DNA of 64,000 bases from Bacillota bacterium (lineage in GTDB: Bacteria; Bacillota; Clostridia; Christensenellales; SZUA-584), in NCBI GenBank assembly GCA_023408075.1, contig JAEYKW010000015.1:319170-383169 (forward strand). The letters are read 5' to 3'. A program made the translations under genes and the position numbers. Below the pieces are notes generated by a model. That model was not told the DNA's origin. It worked only from the letters and a program-made list of their open reading frames with translations, and did not search any database. Shown piece after piece: positions 56,675-63,387 of this stretch; position 1 is the first letter of the stretch; the number at the start of each line of letters is the position of its first letter.

Positions 56675-56887
56675 ATGGCAAATAGGGGCGGCCTTTCGTG
56701 GAAGCGCGCGCTGGGCGTTACCAAGGCCAAACAGAGCATATCCCGGGCAACGGGCATTCCTATGACGAAGTCCGGGCGGCAGAGAAAAATCGGGAAAGCC
56801 GTAACCGGTGGCGGCTGCCTGATGACTCTATTAGGCTTATCCGTTCCCGTTATTTTGGTTGTCACGGCTCTGATTATATTGATTTAA
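56675..56887 (+). CDS. Tail-anchored small membrane protein with a basic N-terminus
   Basis: 12-nt gap after the lipoprotein gene. MANRGGLSWKRALGVTKAKQSISRATGIPMTKSGRQRKIGK, then one TM (LMTLLGLSVPVILVVTALIILI). Confidence 0.55.
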   Translation: MANRGGLSWKRALGVTKAKQSISRATGIPMTKSGRQRKIGKAVTGGGCLMTLLGLSVPVILVVTALIILI

Positions 56888-56975
56888 TATTCCCTGCAGC
56901 AGAACCGGACCGACGATTATACATAATATCAGCTGTTATCTACACCAAATTCACAATAAAAAACAGGAGGATATC

Positions 56976-57719
56976 ATGAATAAAAAACGAGTATTAGTAG
57001 TGTCACCCTTTGAAGATTTGCATCAAGAGAGAAAGATCATATCCGAAAGCCTGCAGCAGTCATCTGATTCTTTAATAGTTGAAAACTGTTCAGTTGTAAA
57101 TACAATCAGATTCAAGAAAAAAAGTGTTTTCATCTTGATATGTGATCAAAACATTAATGAAATTGAATCCCTCGAGGTATTTAAGCGTGCAAGACGAAAA
57201 CTTAATCGAATAATTATATTGGCAAAAGGTAGTTGCGCCGATCTTTATGATATTAGGCAAAAAGCCTCAATTGTCCAATGGAACAACATTAGCGATTTAG
57301 GGTGGTCGTTAGTAAAATATTTCGAGAGTGTTTTTTACTCATGGAAATGCGATAAGGTCGTAAGAAATACATTTTTACAATTCACGATAATAAGTTTGCT
57401 ATTAGTTCCGCTGTATGTACTATTTCCTGAATTTTTTATGAATTACTTTAATTCTTATAAACTTAGAATATCCCTTTTGTCTATTTGTTTATTATTGCTT
57501 ATTTATAATATACTTAGAGAAGGAATTATTTATCGGGCTGAAAATATACGCCCGGAAAGCAGAGCTCGGTTCTTTAAACCACTAATTAGAGATTTGATTT
57601 TGATTTGTGCTATTCTATTTTTGTCTATTTTGGTGACGGATGATATCGGCACATTTTTAATCTTTATTGCGCCGATGATTATTTCAGGATTAATTTCGGT
57701 TATTATAAAAGGACGCTGA
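56976..57719 (+). CDS. TIR-like/DUF4062-like N-terminal domain fused to a four-TM C-terminal domain (candidate abortive-infection effector)
   Basis: AGGAGGATATC-ATG. The N-terminus RVLVVSPFEDLHQERKIISESL...SVFILICDQ resembles the VFxSSxFxDLxxER signature I associate with DUF4062. Four hydrophobic helices lie between roughly aa 133 and 245. Confidence 0.5.
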   Translation: MNKKRVLVVSPFEDLHQERKIISESLQQSSDSLIVENCSVVNTIRFKKKSVFILICDQNINEIESLEVFKRARRKLNRIIILAKGSCADLYDIRQKASIVQWNNISDLGWSLVKYFESVFYSWKCDKVVRNTFLQFTIISLLLVPLYVLFPEFFMNYFNSYKLRISLLSICLLLLIYNILREGIIYRAENIRPESRARFFKPLIRDLILICAILFLSILVTDDIGTFLIFIAPMIISGLISVIIKGR

Positions 57720-57908
57720 AAAAGTTTCCAAGAAAAGTACGAAAGAATATCTTACGCCGTTAACCACACGAGGCCATCCATCAGAAGAAGCTCCGGATTC
57801 AAGATTGGCAATAAGCAGATTTATAAGGGGGATTGACTGGGGGAGTGTATTTTATTTGCGTTTTGCGTGTCAAAAACAAAACTCGCTTTTTCAAGTGGTG
57901 TATTCTGC

Positions 57909-57937
57909 TTGTATTTTTTATACCAATGGTGTAAAAT
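57909..57937 (+). promoter_or_regulatory. Candidate sigma-A promoter TTGTAT-17-TAAAAT for the 57971 operon
   Basis: TTGTAT at 57909-57914, a 17-nt spacer, then TAAAAT at 57932-57937, 33 nt upstream of the ATG. Confidence 0.4.
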
Positions 57938-57970
57938 ACAATTGAAATACAGTGATTCGAGGTGTTTTTT

Positions 57971-58603
57971 ATGGAAATATCGCCCCTAGAGAGTCTTGAA
58001 AACAGATTCCCTGTCCTTTTACCTTCAATAAACGGAGCTATTGATGAATCATACTCTGAAGTGGAAATGATGCTGACGACTGATCGATGCAAAAAACCTT
58101 GCTGGCGTGACTACATCCCAAAATTCTTATATTCCGCTGTGCAAACAAATGTGTGCGACAAGATCAATTTACTGGGGATCCCTGATCTTCGGGCCGAAAT
58201 GAAACTTAACAGTCGGCACAACCTCAATCATGTTGAAATCTATGGTCCCGATTTTGTGATGACGATATCTTCTGCAGACGGAGATAAAAAACCAAGACCT
58301 GCCGTTTATAGAGATGAACTCTCAACCGGAGGACAAATAAATTGGTTCCGAGAGTTTAGTGAAAACGATGACGAAGATAAACAGGTTTATTTCACAATCA
58401 CGCATCAGATTAATAAGGACGAGTTGCAAGCTGATGATATAAGAATTATTTTAATGTCATCGTCTTTATGGAGCGAGACTATTAACGAAAGTATACGAGA
58501 TCGTCAAATGCCTATTGAAAATATTACACAGACAAGCACACCGGTTGCGAAGGAAGAGACGATCACCAAGCCCGTAATGCCGGAATTGAAAATAACAAAT
58601 TAA
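57971..58603 (+). CDS. Uncharacterised 210-aa protein (candidate toxin/effector partner of the XRE-M78 protein)
   Basis: GAGGTG RBS then ATG 57971 (MEISPLESLENRF...). I recognise no motif. 40-nt gap to the next gene. Confidence 0.55.
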   Translation: MEISPLESLENRFPVLLPSINGAIDESYSEVEMMLTTDRCKKPCWRDYIPKFLYSAVQTNVCDKINLLGIPDLRAEMKLNSRHNLNHVEIYGPDFVMTISSADGDKKPRPAVYRDELSTGGQINWFREFSENDDEDKQVYFTITHQINKDELQADDIRIILMSSSLWSETINESIRDRQMPIENITQTSTPVAKEETITKPVMPELKITN

Positions 58604-58643
58604 GGTTTAAGCCTTAAATTTAATAAAAAGGAGATGATATGCC

Positions 58644-59786
58644 GTGTCTAGAAGTGATGCATTATTTATTGGACACCGTTTGACAGAGGCACGCGAAGTT
58701 AGAGGTACCACAAAGCAAGAATTAGCAGATTTATTGGGTAAGACTCACCAAACAGTTACCTCATATGAAAATGGATCGTACAATCCGGCACCTGAAGTAA
58801 TCGATGATATTTGTCGTATTCTAAAGTTGCCTTTGTCTTTTTTTACAATCGACAGAACCGACAGCTTAATCAATGCCCCGATTCAATTTCGAAGTTTAAA
58901 AAGCGCACACAAGGTCAAAAAACTTCAGATTGAAAGATGGCTTCAGTGGGTGGCAAATCGTGTTGGATACTATAAACAATACATGGACTTCCCTCCGGTA
59001 AACTTACCAAAATTCGATCTTGATTTTGGTAAACTCAGTGAATCTCAGATAGAAAATATAGCAGAAAGCGTGCGGAAGTTTTGGGGGTTAGGTAACGGTC
59101 CCATAAGCAATTTAACTCTGCTTCTCGAAAACAACGGTATTATTGTTACTCATTATAACTTCGAAGTAAAAGGTTTAGATGCTTGTTCGACGATCGCTAA
59201 TGGATTACCGCTAATACTAATCAACACTTTTGAAGCCACGTGCTCAAGGATCCTTATGGATTTAGCACATGAGCTCGGACATCTCGTTTTGCATGCCGAT
59301 GTTGATAAAGACGAGATAACCCCTGCTCAGCATAAACAAATGGAAGATCAGGCATGGGATTTTGCTGCTGCATTTTTAATGCCTGCTGATGGCTTTTCTT
59401 GCGAAGTCGTAGACACTAGGCTCACAGCTTTTGCTCTTTTAAAACGAAGGTGGCGCGTCTCGATAGCTGGGATGATTATGCGATGCCGTGAATTGTGTAT
59501 AATTGATGATTTCCGAAAAACGTATTTGTTTAAGGAAATGAACAGAAGAAAGATACGTTTAGTCGAACCCCTTGATAACGAATTAAAGATTGAAACTCCA
59601 CATCTTCTTATTGATGCAGAAAAGCTACTAACAGAGTCCGGTGAGTTAACAAAGTGGTATCTTTTAGACGCGTCCTATATTTCAGCTGATGATTATTGCA
59701 GCATTGTCGGAACTCCGACTGACTATTTTAAACGAGAAACGGTTCAACCGAAGTTAAGGCCAGATTACATTAGAATCGTAAAATAA
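58644..59786 (+). CDS. XRE-HTH :: ImmA/IrrE (peptidase M78) fusion protein
   Basis: N-terminal HTH (TTKQELADLLGKTHQTVTSYENGSYNPAPEVIDDICRILKL). M78 motifs LAHELGHLVLH and EDQAWDFAAAFLMPADGF. AGGAG RBS. Confidence 0.85.
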   Translation: MSRSDALFIGHRLTEAREVRGTTKQELADLLGKTHQTVTSYENGSYNPAPEVIDDICRILKLPLSFFTIDRTDSLINAPIQFRSLKSAHKVKKLQIERWLQWVANRVGYYKQYMDFPPVNLPKFDLDFGKLSESQIENIAESVRKFWGLGNGPISNLTLLLENNGIIVTHYNFEVKGLDACSTIANGLPLILINTFEATCSRILMDLAHELGHLVLHADVDKDEITPAQHKQMEDQAWDFAAAFLMPADGFSCEVVDTRLTAFALLKRRWRVSIAGMIMRCRELCIIDDFRKTYLFKEMNRRKIRLVEPLDNELKIETPHLLIDAEKLLTESGELTKWYLLDASYISADDYCSIVGTPTDYFKRETVQPKLRPDYIRIVK

Positions 59787-59803
59787 GCCGGGAGCTATTT
59801 TAA

Positions 59804-60817
59804 ATGGATGATAATAAAGGCAGGATCATTCTCTATCAAACCGAGGATGGCCGGACGAAGATCGATGTCAGAATGGATAACGAAACAGTATGGCTCTCGC
59901 TCGATCAATTGGCTGATCTGTTTCAGCGCGATAAATCTACGATCTCGAGGCATATAAAAAACATCTTTGAAGAGGGCGAGCTTTCTATGCAATCAGTTGT
60001 TGCAACTTTTGCAACAACTGCTGCTGATAAAAAAACATATCAAGTCACTTATTATAGCCTCGATGCCGTGATCGCAGTTGGCTACCGAGTGAAATCGCAC
60101 AGAGGCACACAGTTCAGGATTTGGGCGACTGAGCGCCTAAAGGAATACCTCGTTAAGGGCTTCACAATGAACGACGACCTGCTTAAAAAGGCGGGTGGCG
60201 GTGATTATTTTGAAGAACTCCTTGAGCGCATCCGGGATATCCGATCTTCGGAGAAGGTGTTTTATCGCAAGATACTCGACATCTACGCGACCAGCGTCGA
60301 TTATGACCCGAGAGCCGACATATCCCAGACGTTCTTTAAAACCATACAGAACAAAATGCATTGGGCCGCTCACGGTCACACAGCAGCCGAAGTTGTATTC
60401 TTAAGAGCTGATGCCGTCAAGCCTTTTATGGGCATGACGTCTTTTCAAGGAAGCAAGCCAACGAAAGCAGAAAGCACCATCGCCAAGAATTATTTGACCG
60501 GTGAAGAGTTAAATATCTTAAACCGCATTGTGAACGCCTATCTGGAATTTGCAGAGTTGCAGGCCATTCGCCGCAACACGATGGCCATGCACGAATGGAT
60601 ATTAAAGCTGGATGACTTTCTCAAAATGACGGACAGCAACATTCTCACGCACTCAGGAAGCGTCTCTCATAAAGACGCCGAGATAAAAGCGGTGCAAGAA
60701 TACGAAAAATATAAAAGGCTGCACCAGGACAAGCTTTCACCGGTGGAACAGCACTTTTTAGAGAGCATCGAAAAAACCAAAAAGCTACTTGATAAAAAAG
60801 ATAAGAAGGACAAATAA
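59804..60817 (+). CDS. RhuM-family (COG3943-like) protein
   Basis: ILYQTEDGRTKIDVRMDNETVWLSLDQLADLFQRDKSTISRHIKNIFEEGEL... and AVGYRVKSHRGTQFRIWATERLKEYLVKGF are characteristic of the RhuM family. Confidence 0.8.
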   Translation: MDDNKGRIILYQTEDGRTKIDVRMDNETVWLSLDQLADLFQRDKSTISRHIKNIFEEGELSMQSVVATFATTAADKKTYQVTYYSLDAVIAVGYRVKSHRGTQFRIWATERLKEYLVKGFTMNDDLLKKAGGGDYFEELLERIRDIRSSEKVFYRKILDIYATSVDYDPRADISQTFFKTIQNKMHWAAHGHTAAEVVFLRADAVKPFMGMTSFQGSKPTKAESTIAKNYLTGEELNILNRIVNAYLEFAELQAIRRNTMAMHEWILKLDDFLKMTDSNILTHSGSVSHKDAEIKAVQEYEKYKRLHQDKLSPVEQHFLESIEKTKKLLDKKDKKDK

Positions 60818-60843
60818 TCGGCCAGTCGAGGAAGGGAGTCCGC

Positions 60844-62016
60844 ATGCCACGTGAAGCAAAGATAAAAAAGCGCCCTGACGGCTTCTATCAGCGATCAATC
60901 ACCGTGGGCCGCCGCCCGGACGGAAAACCGCAGCGCAAAACCATATACGCCAAAACACTCAAGGAGCTCGAGGCCAAGGCTGCCGAGTTTGAAAGACAAC
61001 TTCTTCACGGTACACTCTCCAGTGATGAAAAGATGACTTTCGGTGAGCTGGCTGCGGTGTGGCTCCGGGATTATAAACCGGGCATCAGTATCACCACGCG
61101 CACCATGTACAAAAGGGTGCTGGATACCCACCTGCTGCCGGAGCTGGCCGTATATAAGCTGAAGGATCTCAAACCCCATCATCTACAGACCATCATCAAT
61201 CGCATGGCTGAGAGCGGCAAAGCAGAGAGCACAATGCGAAAGGTTAAGTTGACCGCCGCCCAAATCCTTCAGATCGCCATGGATAACGATATTCTTTACC
61301 GCAACGTATTTTCAAAAGTCAATGTCCCGGATGTGCCTGCCGCCAAGCGCCGCCCGCTGACAGACGAAGAGGTCAAGCTTGTGGTAGATACTCATACCGG
61401 CCACCGCATGGGCGTGCCCGTGCTGCTGCTGCTGTATTGTGGGCTGCGCCGTGGCGAGCTGCTCGCGCTCACATGGAATGATATTGATCTGAAAAACAAA
61501 ACTGTTACTGTCAACAAGGCGGCAGTATTCGATGTGAATATCACGCTGATGCAGACCCCCAAGTCGGCCGCAGGCGTTCGAACGGTCCCGCTGCCCGATA
61601 ATGTCTTGGAGGCCGTCAGCGCCGCCAGAAAGGCCGCACAATCGACAATGGTCTGCCCTGCAACGGATGGCCGCATTATGTCGGCTTCAGCCCTTACTAA
61701 GGCTTGGAGTAGCTATCTACACTATCTCAACATTAAAGCCGGTGGTCGTGACGCATCACGGACCCGCCCCAAACTCTCGGTGATCGACAACCTGACTCCG
61801 CATATGTTCAGGCATACATACGCCACCATTCTTTATAACGCCGGTGTCGATGTGAAGAGCGCGCAGCGGTTTCTCGGGCATGCCGATATCAATGTCACGC
61901 TTAAGATATACACCCATCTTTCAGCCCAAAAAGAGCAGGAAGCTATCGACTCATTGAACCGTCATTTAAGCAGTAATGAAACACGAAAAAATTCTGATGC
62001 AGTAAAAATGCAGTAA
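60844..62016 (+). CDS. int: Tyrosine-type site-specific integrase
   Basis: N-terminal SAM-like/arm-binding region. Catalytic motifs GLRRGELLAL, HMFRHTYAT, LGHADINVTLKIYTH. Confidence 0.9.
   Translation: MPREAKIKKRPDGFYQRSITVGRRPDGKPQRKTIYAKTLKELEAKAAEFERQLLHGTLSSDEKMTFGELAAVWLRDYKPGISITTRTMYKRVLDTHLLPELAVYKLKDLKPHHLQTIINRMAESGKAESTMRKVKLTAAQILQIAMDNDILYRNVFSKVNVPDVPAAKRRPLTDEEVKLVVDTHTGHRMGVPVLLLLYCGLRRGELLALTWNDIDLKNKTVTVNKAAVFDVNITLMQTPKSAAGVRTVPLPDNVLEAVSAARKAAQSTMVCPATDGRIMSASALTKAWSSYLHYLNIKAGGRDASRTRPKLSVIDNLTPHMFRHTYATILYNAGVDVKSAQRFLGHADINVTLKIYTHLSAQKEQEAIDSLNRHLSSNETRKNSDAVKMQ
61992..62016. repeat. 25-bp direct repeat TTCTGATGCAGTAAAAATGCAGTAA, right copy (overlaps the last integrase codons)
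   Basis: Identical to 28034..28058. It lies 79 bp from the right att copy. Confidence 0.5.
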
Positions 62017-62095
62017 TCGGCTATTTTCGAGGGTAAAAATAGGCTCTCTAGGAAATAAAAAAACCCTCGAAAGTGCCTATTTCAAGGGCTTTTCA

Positions 62096-62145
62096 GCCTG
62101 GTGACCCACCGGAGATTCGAACTCCGGACACCTTGATTAAAAGTC
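62096..62145. repeat. Prophage attachment site, right copy (supplies the 3' 47 nt of the intact tRNA-Lys)
   Basis: 50/50 identity with 27862..27911. Confidence 0.9.
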
Positions 62146-62174
62146 AAGTGCTCTACCGCCTGAGCTAGTGGGTC
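62099..62174 (-). tRNA. tRNA-Lys (anticodon UUU), CCA encoded
   Basis: Hand-folded cloverleaf: acceptor GACCCAC/GTGGGTC, anticodon arm CTTGA-CTTTTAA-TCAAG, T-arm CGGAG-TTCGAAT-CTCCG. 76 nt. Confidence 0.9.
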
Positions 62175-62613
62175 ATGTCTATCATGTTTTGTGGCAGAGA
62201 GCCTTTGCAGCTTCCGGCAATCGAATCCGCCGTCTCAAACCCTGCCGAACGATTATAGCATAAGCGTTTTTGATTTGTAAACCCTCAAAATAGATTATTT
62301 CTAATTTCCTTTGAGCCTTTTAGTGACATCATATTTAACCCCGGCGTATATGGCACATGTTGACAAACCCACGCATCGCCGTTATCATTTTAATCAACCG
62401 GCCGATAGTTAACTATTCACGAACCTCATGAAACAATAAGCCATTTTTATGAGCTTGTACGGGTATTAACAAAGCTTATACTTTCATAAAAGGATGAAAG
62501 GGGCAAGCGGCAATGTTCAAACTGTATTGCAGGATTTTTTCAAGCAGTCATGAGGCTGGCGACAGGTAATAGCTGCTCTTATGGCAGCACGATAACCGAC
62601 AAGAGGTTGTTTA

Positions 62614-62871
62614 ATGCAAGTCGATAATGCCACAGAGCTTGGCCATTTTGTTGATAGAGTTTACACATCAATAGGCGGCTCACAATCAAAATATGATGCA
62701 TTATTTCAGAAAATCATAGGCGGCTGTCATTGTATTCCGCCTACCGAATGGTTTGGCGATGTGTATCTTACCTTTAGAAAGCTGCTCGAAGACCATGCCA
62801 TTATTGATGAGACTTTGACCAAACAAGCGGAAGAAGTTGTTGGGCATTTTCAGGACTATTTCCAATATTAA
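62614..62871 (+). CDS. Hypothetical protein
   Basis: 85-aa ORF in an AT-rich stretch between tRNA genes, with no motif recognised. Confidence 0.3.
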   Translation: MQVDNATELGHFVDRVYTSIGGSQSKYDALFQKIIGGCHCIPPTEWFGDVYLTFRKLLEDHAIIDETLTKQAEEVVGHFQDYFQY

Positions 62872-63004
62872 ATATGCCAATCTCACATTTCAAGTCATCA
62901 ACAGCTGTTTAGTAATCCGCATATAACACCATCATCAGCTTCAGATAAAATAAAAAAAGCCTTCGAAGCTTTTCATATCTCTTAGCTATTGCATTTAAAG
63001 AGTT

Positions 63005-63079
63005 TGGCTGGGGTGGCAGGATTTGAACCTACGAATGCGGGAGTCAAAGTCCCGTGCCTTACCGCTTGGCTACACCCCA
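63005..63079 (-). tRNA. tRNA-Gln (anticodon UUG), CCA encoded
   Basis: Acceptor TGGGGTG/CACCCCA (U1-A72), anticodon arm CGGGA-CTTTGAC-TCCCG, T-loop TTCAAAT. 75 nt. Confidence 0.85.
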
Positions 63080-63098
63080 TCGGCAAACGGAGTAATAA

Positions 63099-63176
63099 TG
63101 GGGTGAGTAGTGGGATTCGAACCCACGGCCTCCAGGGCCACAACCTGGCGCTCTAACCAACTGAGCTATACCCACC
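63099..63176 (-). tRNA. tRNA-His (anticodon GUG) with encoded G-1, CCA encoded
   Basis: Extra 5' G opposite discriminator C, anticodon arm CCAGG-TTGTGGC-CCTGG, T-arm GTGGG-TTCGAAT-CCCAC. Confidence 0.85.
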
Positions 63177-63217
63177 ATGAATCGCCTCAAAAAGCCGCCT
63201 TTCTGAGGCACGATATT

Positions 63218-63294
63218 TGGCGCGCCTGCGGGGACTCGAACCCTGGACACACGGCTTAGAAGGCCGTTGCTCTATCCTGCTGAGCTACAGGCGC
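63218..63294 (-). tRNA. tRNA-Arg (anticodon UCU), CCA encoded
   Basis: Acceptor GCGCCTG/CAGGCGC, anticodon arm ACGGC-CTTCTAA-GCCGT. 77 nt. One A-C mismatch in my T-stem fold. Confidence 0.8.
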
Positions 63295-63387
63295 ACACCG
63301 TCAGCCGCTAAAAGCCGAGCACCATCGAGCAACCGACAGAACGAAATATTATCATATGTGAACCACAATGTCAAGACACTGTGCCGC

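Larger units (their letters stand above)
27862..62145. mobile_element. Integrated temperate siphovirus-type prophage (~34.3 kb), tRNA-Lys-targeting
   Basis: Perfect 50-bp direct repeats at both ends, with a tyrosine integrase next to the intact tRNA. It has complete lysogeny, replication, packaging, head, tail and lysis modules, and lower GC than the flanking chromosome. Confidence 0.9.

Noticed and set aside
62027-62071. TCGAGGG ... CCCTCGA inverted repeat between the integrase and att, considered as a terminator.
   Set aside because: The loop is ~31 nt and there is no clean T-run. It more likely belongs to the attP arm, perhaps as an accessory-factor site, but I cannot support a specific call.
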